DNA from: Anaerolineales bacterium | GTDB lineage: Bacteria; Chloroflexota; Anaerolineae; Anaerolineales; UBA4823 | Assembly: GCA_036393315.1 (NCBI GenBank) | Contig: DASWHG010000139.1 | Span: 1 to 34,938 of the forward strand | Reading direction: 5' to 3' | Length of the DNA: 34,938 bases | Shown: one piece after another, positions 24,102-32,751 of the stretch | How the letters are laid out: every line of letters begins with the position of its first letter | How positions within the stretch are numbered: the first letter of the stretch is position 1 | Notes under the pieces: generated by a model | Seen by the model: only the letters and a program-made list of their open reading frames with translations | What the model was told of the DNA's origin: nothing | Databases searched by the model: none | Made by a program: the position numbers and the translations under genes

Positions 24102-25219
24102 ACAACCGCCGCTACGCCCATATCACCGGTTGGGGGATGGCAGTTCCGGAGCGGAAGATCACAAACAAAGAACTGGCTGAAATGGTTGACACAACTGACG
24201 AGTGGATCGTTTCGCGCACAGGAATCCGTGAGCGGCGCGTCGCCTGTGACGACGAGACGACTGCCTCCCTGGCGACCGAAGCATCCCTGCGGGCATTAGC
24301 AGTCGCAAACCTGCATCCTGCCGATCTCGACCTGATCATCGTCTCCACCTCATCACCGGAACATATCTTCCCGGCCACAGCCTGTATCGTACAGGACCAG
24401 ATCGGCGCTGTGAAGGCCGGCGCTTTTGACCTGTCAGCTGCTTGCACCGGGTTTATCTACGCATTGAACATTGGCGCACAGGCCATCCGCGCCGACAGCC
24501 TGGAAAACGTCCTGGTGATCGGCTCAGAAACGCTCTCGCGCATGGTGAACTGGAAAGACCGCAACACTTGCATCTTGTTCGGAGACGGCGCCGGGGCCTT
24601 TGTCCTGCAGGGTAGCGATGAGCCCGGGGGCGTCCTTTCGGCTGTCATGCGGTCAGATGGCTCCGGTGGAGACTTGCTCAACCTGCCTGCAGGTGGCAGC
24701 CGCATGCCCGCCAGCCTGTATACCGTAAATGAGGGGCTGCATTACATCCATATGAACGGGCGAGAAGTCTTTCGCTTCGCCACCCGGGTAATGGCTCAGG
24801 CAACCCAGGAAGCTGTCGCCGCGGCTAATCTGACCATGGATGATATCCACCTGTTTATTCCGCACCAGGCTAACCAGCGCATCATCGAGGCTGCAGCCCG
24901 CGGCCTGGATATCCCCCTCGATCGCGTCATGATTAACCTAGATCGTTATGGGAACACTTCCACGGCTTCTATTCCCATTGCTACCGTTGAAGCCATCGAG
25001 CTGGGCCGGGTGAAGCCGGGAGACCGGCTGGTTTTCGTCGCGTTTGGGGCTGGCCTGACCTGGGGTTCAGCGGTTGCCCAATGGAGCGGGCCATTCCCGT
25101 CCCGCTACAAGATCAGACCGAGGCGCTACCGCTGGTTTGCACGGATCCGGTCTCTCCTGTCGCGTCTGCGCCGTCAAATCGAAGGTTTGATCTGGGGCCG
25201 CGGCAACAACGGGATCTAA
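24098..25219 (+). CDS. fabH: Beta-ketoacyl-ACP synthase III with a 44-aa Arg-rich C-terminal extension
   Basis: 373 aa. Cys in SAACTGFIYAL, His in IPHQANQRI, Asn in YGNTSTASIP. The canonical end GAGLTWGSAVAQW is followed by SGPFPSRYKIRPRRYRWFARIRSLLSRLRRQIEGLIWGRGNNGI. ATGA overlap with fabF. Confidence 0.9.
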   Translation: MNNRRYAHITGWGMAVPERKITNKELAEMVDTTDEWIVSRTGIRERRVACDDETTASLATEASLRALAVANLHPADLDLIIVSTSSPEHIFPATACIVQDQIGAVKAGAFDLSAACTGFIYALNIGAQAIRADSLENVLVIGSETLSRMVNWKDRNTCILFGDGAGAFVLQGSDEPGGVLSAVMRSDGSGGDLLNLPAGGSRMPASLYTVNEGLHYIHMNGREVFRFATRVMAQATQEAVAAANLTMDDIHLFIPHQANQRIIEAAARGLDIPLDRVMINLDRYGNTSTASIPIATVEAIELGRVKPGDRLVFVAFGAGLTWGSAVAQWSGPFPSRYKIRPRRYRWFARIRSLLSRLRRQIEGLIWGRGNNGI

Positions 25220-25278
25220 TCAGGAAGCCTGGTTTTCAGTTCTCAGGAGCTGCCTCCCAGGCCATTGTTGAAGTGAAT

Positions 25279-25330
25279 AACGAAGGGGCTGTTCAAAAAT
25301 AACTGGATAGCCCCTTCGTTTTCACTTTTA
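25279..25330 (+). terminator. Rho-independent terminator-like hairpin after fabH
   Basis: Perfect 12-bp stem AACGAAGGGGCT (25279-25290) / AGCCCCTTCGTT (25309-25320) with an 18-nt loop, followed by the T-rich TTCACTTTTA. Confidence 0.65.
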
Positions 25331-25435
25331 TAGAGAAAGATTCTCTTTAGTACAAATCTCTGAAGTGAATTTCGGTGTATGTTAAGCAAACGTTCTTTTC
25401 TACGGTAATTCGAAAGGACTCAAAATAAGCATAAT

Positions 25436-25453
25436 GTTAGAACGACGTTAGAA
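25436..25453 (+). repeat. Direct repeat GTTAGAA x2 with 11-bp phasing upstream of the ftsH promoter
   Basis: GTTAGAAcgacGTTAGAA at 25436-25442 and 25447-25453, 48-65 nt upstream of the -10 at 25501. Confidence 0.5.
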
Positions 25454-25497
25454 ACGCTAATTTTTCGAATCGACTTCTACCGCCCAGGGGCATAGAT

Positions 25498-25506
25498 TGG
25501 TATAAT
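25498..25506 (+). promoter_or_regulatory. Extended -10 promoter TGgTATAAT for ftsH
   Basis: TG at 25498-25499 and TATAAT at 25501-25506, inside a ~300-nt AT-rich intergenic region. GGAGG at 25540-25544. Confidence 0.5.
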
Positions 25507-25549
25507 TCCTAAAGAAATCTGCGGTGTGTCAACCAATTTGGAGGTATCT

Positions 25550-27412
25550 GTGAATCCGACCCGCAACCGTTCATCAATTATTTACTTGCTGCTGTTTGTG
25601 GCCATCATCGTGATGGTTGTATACAATTTTCAGCAGCAGGCAACCACACAAGAAGCGCTGACGATCAACGAAGTCGCAGCCGATATCCAAAATGGCAATA
25701 TTAAACGCATTATCGAGGATGACAACCGGCTGCGTGTAATCTATGCCAACGGGACCGAACGTGCTTCGCATAAAGAAGCAAGCGCAACTTTGGTGGAGCA
25801 GCTCAAAGAGCTTGGCGTAACCACTGAACGTCTCACCCCCGAGAACGTCAAGATCGAAATCAAACCTCCCAGTGCATGGTTGGGGATCGCCACGGCTTTA
25901 GGCTACTTCGTGCCCTTCCTCCTGCTGGCAGGCGTCTTTTGGTTCGTCTTCCGGCAGGCCCAGGGCAGCAATAACGCAGCCATGTCCTTCGGTAAATCCC
26001 GCGCCAGGATGTTCTCAGGGGACCATCCAACGGTAACCTTTGAAGACGTGGCAGGGATTGAAGAGGCTAAAGAAGAACTAAAGGAAGTGGTCGAATTTCT
26101 CCGCGAGCCTGAGAAATTCATCTCGCTCGGCGCTCGCATCCCGAAGGGCGTGCTCCTGGTTGGCCCGCCCGGCACAGGTAAGACGCTGCTGGCCAAAGCC
26201 GTTTCTGGCGAGGCTGGCGTGCCCTTCTTTTCGATTTCGGGTTCTGAGTTCGTGGAGATGTTCGTCGGTGTAGGAGCCAGCCGGGTGCGAGATCTGTTCG
26301 ACCAGGCGAAGCGCCATTCGCCCTGTATCGTCTTCGTCGACGAGATCGACGCTGTAGGCCGCCAGCGAGGCGCCGGCCTGGGTGGAAGCCATGACGAACG
26401 TGAGCAAACCCTCAACCAGATGCTGGTAGAGATGGATGGCTTCGATACAGACACGAACGTAATCATCGTCGCCGCCACCAACCGGCCCGACATTCTCGAT
26501 CCAGCCCTGCTGCGCCCGGGCCGCTTCGACCGTCGCGTTATCCTGGACCGTCCAGACATGCGCGGCCGGGAGGCCATCCTTAAAGTGCATGTCAAGGGGA
26601 AACCGCTGGCCCCCGATTCCAACCTTGGCGTACTTGCCCGATCTACACCTGGATTTGTTGGCGCCGACCTGGAAAACCTGGTCAATGAAGCGGCTATCCT
26701 GGCTGCCCGGCGCAACAAGAAGGTCATCGGCCAGAACGAGCTGGAAGAGTCCATCGAGCGCGTCATTGCCGGCCCTGAGAGAAAGAGCCGGCTGATCAGC
26801 GAAGAAGAAAAGCGCATCGTAGCCTACCACGAAGCCGGCCACGCAGTCGTCGCCAATGCGATTCCCGAGGCCGACCCGGTGCACAAGGTCTCAATCACCG
26901 CCCGCGGTATGGCCGGTGGTTACACCATCATGCTTCCGGAAGAAGATCGCACCTTGATGGCCCGCAAGAAAATGTTCGCCGATATGGTCGGTTTGCTGGG
27001 CGGTCGAGCTGCCGAAGAGCTCATCTTTGACGATATCACTTCGGGCGCTTCGAATGACCTGGAGCGAGTCACCCGCATGGCGCGGGCCATGGTTACCCGC
27101 CTGGGGATGAGCGCTGAACTCGGCCCCATGGTATACGGTCAAAAAGAAGAGCTGATTTTCCTCGGCCGCGAGATTTCCGAGCAGCGTGATTACTCGGAAG
27201 CTGTAGCCCAACAGATCGACAAAGAAGTGCGCCGGCTGGTGAGTGAAGCCCACGATACGGCCAAGTCTATTGTGCTCAAGTATCGCGACCGGCTGGATTC
27301 CGTGGCAATGCGGCTGCTGGAAGTGGAAACGATCTCTCGCGAAGAATTCGAAGAGATCTTCCCACCTCCGATCCCGAAAAAAAGCGGTACGCCGGTCCCG
27401 CAGCTGGCCTGA
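25550..27412 (+). CDS. ftsH: ATP-dependent zinc metalloprotease FtsH
   Basis: N-terminal TM segment; Walker [14 protein letters not shown]; Walker [10 protein letters not shown]; [23 protein letters not shown]; zinc site HEAGHAV. I prefer GTG 25550 (GGAGG 5 nt upstream) over the track's GTG 25526. Confidence 0.95.
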   Translation: MNPTRNRSSIIYLLLFVAIIVMVVYNFQQQATTQEALTINEVAADIQNGNIKRIIEDDNRLRVIYANGTERASHKEASATLVEQLKELGVTTERLTPENVKIEIKPPSAWLGIATALGYFVPFLLLAGVFWFVFRQAQGSNNAAMSFGKSRARMFSGDHPTVTFEDVAGIEEAKEELKEVVEFLREPEKFISLGARIPKGVLLVGPPGTGKTLLAKAVSGEAGVPFFSISGSEFVEMFVGVGASRVRDLFDQAKRHSPCIVFVDEIDAVGRQRGAGLGGSHDEREQTLNQMLVEMDGFDTDTNVIIVAATNRPDILDPALLRPGRFDRRVILDRPDMRGREAILKVHVKGKPLAPDSNLGVLARSTPGFVGADLENLVNEAAILAARRNKKVIGQNELEESIERVIAGPERKSRLISEEEKRIVAYHEAGHAVVANAIPEADPVHKVSITARGMAGGYTIMLPEEDRTLMARKKMFADMVGLLGGRAAEELIFDDITSGASNDLERVTRMARAMVTRLGMSAELGPMVYGQKEELIFLGREISEQRDYSEAVAQQIDKEVRRLVSEAHDTAKSIVLKYRDRLDSVAMRLLEVETISREEFEEIFPPPIPKKSGTPVPQLA

Positions 27413-27428
27413 TCTGAACCATCGTAAG

Positions 27429-27482
27429 CCTGGAATGTCAAACGGGGATCGCCGCTTTCAGGTTTGACATTCCAGGTTTTTT
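27429..27482 (+). terminator. Rho-independent terminator after ftsH
   Basis: Perfect 15-bp stem CCTGGAATGTCAAAC (27429-27443) / GTTTGACATTCCAGG (27462-27476) with an 18-nt loop and a T6 tract at 27477-27482. Confidence 0.85.
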
Positions 27483-27495
27483 ATCCGGAGGTCCC

Positions 27496-28497
27496 TTGAC
27501 GCCGGTTGATCCCTCAACCTTCCGCGATTATGAAGCCGCTTTGAACGGGGCAGCATACTTCCCCCTCTCTGGAGCCGGCTACCTGCGAGTCGGCGGCGCC
27601 GACCGCCAGGCTTATTTGCAACGCCAGACCACGAACGACGTCAGCCTGCTTTCCCCTAGCCGCGCGCTGGTGACCGTTCTTACCTCCCCCGTTGCCAAAA
27701 TACTGGATGTACTGACCCTTGTTTCCGAAGCGGCTTCGATCGGGGCCATCACCCTTCCCGGCCGCGCAGGAGCTACCTTTAATCACCTGCGCAGCCGAAT
27801 TTTCTTCATGGACAAGGTGACGGTTGAGGACGCCAGCGCGGAATTTCTTCAGATAGACTTGCTTGGACCGAGAGCGCAAACCGTGCTCCTCAGCCTTGGT
27901 TTCAAACACTCACTCGAACCGGGCGAGGCTCAATCTGGTGAGGTCGCCGGTTTGCCCGTACAGGCAATCAGAGCCTCTGAGGCGGATTATCGTTTGCTGG
28001 TTCCCACCCTCCAGGGTGACCCGGTGACAGCTGCCTTGGAGCAAGCCGGAGCAGCTCGCCTCTCTCATGAGAGCTATTCCATCTTGCGAGTCGAATCCGG
28101 GCGTCCGGAGGCCGGGCACGAGCTGGTAGAGGAGTACACCCCCCTGGAAGCCGGATTGGCGGGGGCAATTTCTGAAAACAAGGGCTGCTATACCGGGCAA
28201 GAAGTAATTGCTCGCCAGATCACGTACGATAAGGTCACCCGCCACCTGGCCGGGCTGATCTTAACCGGAGAGGTTTATCCGGGTGACCCGGTATGGTCGC
28301 AGGAGGAAGAGCGCGTTGCAGGGACAGTCACCTCCGCCGTGAACTCGCCACGGTTTGGGCACATCGCCTTGGCCATCCTGCGTCGGCCGTTCCTCTCCCC
28401 TGGGACAGACCTGATCGTTGGGGACAAAGAGAGGGGCGTGGGCGCGACGGTGGCTGGACTGCCTTTTACTGCCTCCGTACCGGAGAACTCACCCTGA
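27496..28497 (+). CDS. ygfZ: YgfZ-family folate-binding protein (GcvT-like fold)
   Basis: 333 aa with the signature KGCYTGQEVIAR. TTG start with GGAGG at 27487-27491. Confidence 0.8.
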   Translation: MTPVDPSTFRDYEAALNGAAYFPLSGAGYLRVGGADRQAYLQRQTTNDVSLLSPSRALVTVLTSPVAKILDVLTLVSEAASIGAITLPGRAGATFNHLRSRIFFMDKVTVEDASAEFLQIDLLGPRAQTVLLSLGFKHSLEPGEAQSGEVAGLPVQAIRASEADYRLLVPTLQGDPVTAALEQAGAARLSHESYSILRVESGRPEAGHELVEEYTPLEAGLAGAISENKGCYTGQEVIARQITYDKVTRHLAGLILTGEVYPGDPVWSQEEERVAGTVTSAVNSPRFGHIALAILRRPFLSPGTDLIVGDKERGVGATVAGLPFTASVPENSP

Positions 28498-28586
28498 TCA
28501 TCCTGGCGGCTCTGCCCCAGCCAATCAATGCTGCCCATTGAATACATTCCTGACCGGATACTGTTGGGAAAACGCGGAGCCTAAGA

Positions 28587-29360
28587 TTGAATACTGAGCA
28601 GCCTTTCGAAGGAAAGATCGCCCTGGTTACCGGCTCCGGCCGGGGTATCGGCCGCGCCATTGCCCTGCACTTCGCCCGGAAGGGAGCTAACCTGGTGGTC
28701 AATTTCTTCCGCAATCGCGCCCCGGCGCAGGAAACGGCAGACTGCATCCAGGCCCTCGGCCGCCGGGCCGTCCTCGTGAAAGCAGATGTAGGGACAATTG
28801 AGGGGATCGATCACCTGTTTGGAGAGGTGGAGCAGCAGTTTGGCGGCCTGGATATCCTGGTCAGCAACGCAGCTTCGGGTTATAACCGGCCTGCCTTAGC
28901 GCAAAAACCTAAGGGCTGGGATTGGACCATGAATATCAACGCCCGAGCCTTGCTTTTTGCTGCCCAGCGAGCGGTCCCTTTGATGGAGCGGCGCGGCGGA
29001 GGATTCATCGTCAGCATCTCCAGCCCGGGTTCCTTCCGGGTGCTCCCGGATTACGTAGTGGTGGGCGCCAGCAAAGCCGCGCTGGAAGCGCTTACCCGCT
29101 ACCTGGCCGTGGAGCTGGCCCCGAAAAACATCGTGGTAAACGCCGTCTCCCCTGGGATCGTACCGACAGACGCTCTCAAGCACCTGGAAGCAGCCCAGGT
29201 CGAGGATCTCATGGAGCAGGTCGCTGAACAGACACCTGCCGGTCGAGTTTTGACGCCGGAGGACGTTGCCGGAGTGGTCGCCTTCTTGTGCACTCCGGCA
29301 GCCAGCATGATCCGAGGCCAGGTTCTCCTGGTCGACGGAGGCTATACCCTACCCGGTTAA
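28587..29360 (+). CDS. fabL: Enoyl-ACP reductase FabL-type SDR
   Basis: 257 aa. ALVTGSGRGIGRAIAL, NAASG, WDWTMNINARALLFAAQ and SKAALEALTRYLAVEL closely parallel B. subtilis FabL as I recall it. TTG start. Confidence 0.75.
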   Translation: MNTEQPFEGKIALVTGSGRGIGRAIALHFARKGANLVVNFFRNRAPAQETADCIQALGRRAVLVKADVGTIEGIDHLFGEVEQQFGGLDILVSNAASGYNRPALAQKPKGWDWTMNINARALLFAAQRAVPLMERRGGGFIVSISSPGSFRVLPDYVVVGASKAALEALTRYLAVELAPKNIVVNAVSPGIVPTDALKHLEAAQVEDLMEQVAEQTPAGRVLTPEDVAGVVAFLCTPAASMIRGQVLLVDGGYTLPG

Positions 29361-29371
29361 CGCGCGGCGCA

Positions 29372-29394
29372 GGGGAAGCAGTTCACGCTTCCCC
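29372..29394. terminator. Hairpin between convergent genes (possible bidirectional terminator)
   Basis: GGGGAAGC (29372-29379) / GCTTCCCC (29387-29394) with a 7-nt loop. No clear U-tract on either strand. Confidence 0.4.
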
Positions 29395-29399
29395 CATAA

Positions 29400-29966
29400 T
29401 TACCTGCTAAATGTCCCCATCAGCTGACCTTGGGCCAGGATGTGCCCGGCCATCGCCTTTTCTACTTCAGCTTTGGTCGCTCCTCCTTTGAGTTTGAGAG
29501 CCGCATCCAGGGCATAAATCTTAAAGAAATATCGGTGTGCTGGACCGGGAGGTGGGCAGGGCCCAGAATATCCTTCCTTGCGGGAATCGTTCATCCCCGC
29601 CAATCCGGCTCCTTGCGCTCCCTCTTGCAGGCTTTCCAGATCAGGCGGCAGATCGTAAAGCACCCAATGTACCCAGTTGCCGCGCGGCGCGTCTGGGTCA
29701 TCGACAATCACCACCAAACTTGCTGTCATGTCCGGAACCGCCGACCAGGACAGCGGTGGCGATACATTTTCCCCATCGCAGGTGTATTTTCTGGGGATGC
29801 TCGCACCTTCGGAAAAGGCGCTGCTGGTAATCGGCAAGGTCTTCACATTCTCTCCTTCGATCGTTTCTGGAGAAGTTTGGCAGCCCGCACTTCCCATAAG
29901 GATGAGTAGGGCGAAAAACAAGGGATACCCGATTTTCCGGTAGACGTCGTTTTGCCAGAATCTCAT
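29400..29966 (-). CDS. YbhB/YbcL-family PEBP (Raf kinase inhibitor-like) lipoprotein
   Basis: 188 aa. Signal peptide ending LILMGSAGC. YTCDGENVSPPLSW, DPDAP, WVHWVLYDLP, GYSGPCPPPGPAHRYFFKIYALD. Confidence 0.9.
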   Translation of the reverse strand: MRFWQNDVYRKIGYPLFFALLILMGSAGCQTSPETIEGENVKTLPITSSAFSEGASIPRKYTCDGENVSPPLSWSAVPDMTASLVVIVDDPDAPRGNWVHWVLYDLPPDLESLQEGAQGAGLAGMNDSRKEGYSGPCPPPGPAHRYFFKIYALDAALKLKGGATKAEVEKAMAGHILAQGQLMGTFSR

Positions 29967-29984
29967 TTCCCGAATTTCGATAGA

Positions 29985-30617
29985 TTAGACTCCGACCAGG
30001 ATGGCACGCGCCGGAGCCCCATCCGAACCGACCAGCTTGAGCGGCAGGCAGAAAAGCGTGTAGCGTCCCTGCGAGACTTCCGATAAATCCAGGCCCTCGA
30101 CAACCACCACGCCGGCCTTCAGCAGGATCTCGTGCGTGAGCTTGCTCTGTTTGTACGGTGCAACCGAAAGATAATCCACCCCCACAAGCTTTACACCGCG
30201 CTGAACCAGGTAATGGGCGCCATCTGGGCTGAGGGCAACGAATTCGGTCTGGAAGCTTCTTTCCTGGCGCGCCCAGTATTCGGAATTGCGAGTTTTGAAC
30301 AGGACCCGGCGAGTACGTGGAGGGATCTGCGCCTTTTCTAAAACGGCCTCCGTGATGAGATCGGCATCCGGCAGGTTGAGCACATAAACCCGGCCGGTCA
30401 GCTGGTTGAGCTTGAGCTGCTCGACCGTCTTCCCATCCGGAAGGAAATGAAAAGGCGCGTCCACGTGTGTGCCGGTATGCACGCTCATATCGAGACGTGA
30501 AACGTTATTGTTGGCGCCTTCTTCGATTTTGTCAACCCGCTCTAACACAATGGGGGGGTCGCCAGGCCAGGTGGGTAAATCAGGCGAAATCGATAATGAA
30601 ATATCATAAGTCTGCAT
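29985..30617 (-). CDS. Cyclase-family protein (kynurenine formamidase-like)
   Basis: Metal motif HTGTHVDAPFHF. I prefer ATG 30617 (MQTYDI), with AGGAGG 6 nt upstream, over the track's 30647. Confidence 0.85.
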   Translation of the reverse strand: MQTYDISLSISPDLPTWPGDPPIVLERVDKIEEGANNNVSRLDMSVHTGTHVDAPFHFLPDGKTVEQLKLNQLTGRVYVLNLPDADLITEAVLEKAQIPPRTRRVLFKTRNSEYWARQERSFQTEFVALSPDGAHYLVQRGVKLVGVDYLSVAPYKQSKLTHEILLKAGVVVVEGLDLSEVSQGRYTLFCLPLKLVGSDGAPARAILVGV

Positions 30618-30662
30618 CATTCGCCTCCTGAATCTATCCGAATTCATCGGTATCCAATAAAG

Positions 30663-30691
30663 AGTATATATGAGGGTGTTGGAAAAAGCAA
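30663..30691 (-). promoter_or_regulatory. Sigma-70-type promoter TTGCTT-17-TATACT for the cyclase-PEBP pair
   Basis: Minus-strand reading: TTGCTT (30691-30686), a 17-nt spacer, and TATACT (30668-30663). Confidence 0.6.
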
Positions 30692-30727
30692 ATGAGCGGG
30701 GGAGGCGAATGCCCTAGAGGCGCGTTT

Positions 30728-31837
30728 TCATTCCGGCAGTGTGATCCTCGCCAGGCTGGCCCTTTCCAATGCCCGGGCGTCCACATTTACCCCCAGGCCG
30801 GGAGCGTCTGGGACGGTGATGGTGCTGTCAGGATTCAGGGAAAAAAGTTCGCGGGTAATATCCTCCAGGTAATAGCGCCTGGAAGCAGAGATGTCTCCGG
30901 GCAGGGTGAAGCCAGGCAGGCTTGCCAGCGCCAGGTTGGCTGCTCGCCCCACCCCGGTCTCCAGCATTCCACCGCACCAGACCGGGATTCCCTGCGAAAG
31001 GCACAGGTTGTGGATTGCAACTGCCTGGCTGAGACCGCCCACCCGGCCGGCTTTGATATTGATAATCCGGCAGGCTTTCATTTCGAGCGCCTGCCGGGCG
31101 TGGCGCGCCGACAGGATCGACTCGTCCAGGCAAATCGGCGTTGTGAAGCGGGCCTGCAGCCGGCTGTGATCCCAAAGGTCATCCTCAGCCAGGGGCTGTT
31201 CGATGAGCAGCAGGTCCAGTTCGTCCAGCGGTGCCAGCGCTTCTGCCGTTTCAAGCGTATATGCCGAGTTGGCGTCTACCTGAAGCCTCAGATCCGGGAA
31301 GGCCTCCCGCACTGCCTGCGTGTCTGCCACATCGCGCTCGGGCTTGATCTTGATCTTGACCCGGCTGTATCCTTCAGACAGGTATCCACCCACCACCTTG
31401 ACCAGCTCCTGCGGCGATTCCTGGATGCCGATGGAAACGCCCACCGCCACCCGGTCGTACACGCCGCCGAGCAGCTGGCGCAGGGATCTCCCCATGCGCT
31501 TCCCCTCCAGGTCCCACCAGGCCATCTCAAGCCCGGCTTTCGCCATTGGATGGCCACGCACCCCTGCCATCCGGCGCTGCATTTCGCGGGCACCCTCGAA
31601 CTCCACGCCAAGCACCGCCGGGATGAGGAAATCACGTAGGATGTGCCAGGCGGTCCCCGCCGTCTCGTAGGAATAGCCGGGGTCCCGGTCGGCGACGCAC
31701 TCGCCATAACCGGTCAGGTCTCCAGCCTCGACCAGCAGCAGGATGGACTCACGCTTAAGCGTGCGACCGAAAGAAGTCTCGAAAGGCGAGCGCAGTTCCA
31801 TGCTCAAATGGTGGAGTGTAACGCGGGTGATCTTCAT
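30728..31837 (-). CDS. Enolase-superfamily enzyme of the NSAR/OSBS subfamily (N-succinylamino acid racemase / o-succinylbenzoate synthase)
   Basis: 369 aa. MKITRVTLHHLSMELRSPFETSFG, KIKIKP (KxK), DANSAY, IEQPLAEDD, ICLDES, IINIKAGRVGG, WCGGMLETGVGRAAN. These closely parallel the Geobacillus NSAR sequence as I recall it. Confidence 0.9.
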   Translation of the reverse strand: MKITRVTLHHLSMELRSPFETSFGRTLKRESILLLVEAGDLTGYGECVADRDPGYSYETAGTAWHILRDFLIPAVLGVEFEGAREMQRRMAGVRGHPMAKAGLEMAWWDLEGKRMGRSLRQLLGGVYDRVAVGVSIGIQESPQELVKVVGGYLSEGYSRVKIKIKPERDVADTQAVREAFPDLRLQVDANSAYTLETAEALAPLDELDLLLIEQPLAEDDLWDHSRLQARFTTPICLDESILSARHARQALEMKACRIINIKAGRVGGLSQAVAIHNLCLSQGIPVWCGGMLETGVGRAANLALASLPGFTLPGDISASRRYYLEDITRELFSLNPDSTITVPDAPGLGVNVDARALERASLARITLPE

Positions 31838-32751
31838 AAGGTGCTTTCCCCGTGGCTGAGGACGTAGAAACTGCGCGGCTGGCTGCCCGGCAGATGGACG
31901 AAATCGGTAACCAGGTAGCCGCGCCCGAACAGCCCTTCAAAAAGCCAGCGGGTGTGCAGGCGCCATTCGAGCGCCAGGGCAGGATCAGCCGACTTCATTC
32001 CCAGGAAATCAGCCGGGATCTCCAGCAGGATCAGCGGGGTGTTCGCACCCTGGTTCTCCGTCTCCGCCGAATTAGCCGGAAGTGCAACAGCCTCGGCCGG
32101 CCTTGGCCACCCGGCTCCATCGCGACGGCTTGGATTAAGGATCTCCGCTCCCCCGGCAAAATAATGTGCCAGGTCCAGCCGCAGCCTTGCTCGCCGGCTC
32201 AAGCGCCGTTCTACCCGTTTCGTGTTCACCCACCAGTCGACATCGAAGCGGTCTGAAGGCAGCCCGGCGTTCAGCCCATCTCGCATCTCGCCGTAGAATT
32301 CTCGCCGGTACGTGTTGCAGACTGCGCCCAGCTTGCCAATATTCAAGTGAGCGTTGCGGCTGGCCAGCGGATCGAACGTCCAGGTGATGCGGTCCAGCCC
32401 CTGGTGCCGCACCATCTGCCATTGGGCGCGCTTGAGTGAAAAACCCAACCCGCGGTCCCGGTGATCCGGATGGACCGCCAGCATATGAGAGTAGTGCTTC
32501 GAGCGAGGGCCGTCCGGAGTCGAATAAAGGCCGGGGAAACCAAACACAAAACCGAATAGCGGATCTTGTTTGTGTTTACCCGGAGCCTTCCCAAAAGCCC
32601 CGACCAACAGCCCGCCGTTGTGTACCGCGGCCACCAACACGTGCACCGGCACCACCTCAGTCTCGCTGGCCGGCCACACCAACCGCTGCAATTCCTCCAC
32701 CGTCTCCATTTCAGACGGCTTGTCTAATATTTTCAACTGCCAATCGCTCAT
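31834..32751 (-). CDS. GNAT-superfamily protein (COG3375-like, ~300 aa)
   Basis: 305 aa. Motif A context HMLAVHPDHRDRGLGFSLKRAQ. ATGA overlaps at both ends (with the epimerase upstream and NSAR/OSBS downstream). Confidence 0.65.
   Translation of the reverse strand: MSDWQLKILDKPSEMETVEELQRLVWPASETEVVPVHVLVAAVHNGGLLVGAFGKAPGKHKQDPLFGFVFGFPGLYSTPDGPRSKHYSHMLAVHPDHRDRGLGFSLKRAQWQMVRHQGLDRITWTFDPLASRNAHLNIGKLGAVCNTYRREFYGEMRDGLNAGLPSDRFDVDWWVNTKRVERRLSRRARLRLDLAHYFAGGAEILNPSRRDGAGWPRPAEAVALPANSAETENQGANTPLILLEIPADFLGMKSADPALALEWRLHTRWLFEGLFGRGYLVTDFVHLPGSQPRSFYVLSHGESTL

Noticed and set aside
25903-26884. 304-aa and 268-aa minus-strand ORFs antisense to ftsH
   Set aside because: Same reasoning: low-complexity translations opposite a textbook FtsH.
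30692-31639. 315-aa plus-strand ORF antisense to the NSAR/OSBS gene
   Set aside because: No motifs. The minus-strand frame aligns along its whole length with enolase-superfamily signatures.
30728-31837. Calling this gene menC (menaquinone o-succinylbenzoate synthase)
   Set aside because: No other men genes are nearby, and it is translationally coupled to a GNAT. That fits the NSAR side of the bifunctional subfamily at least as well, so I left the gene symbol empty. This cannot be resolved without the whole genome.
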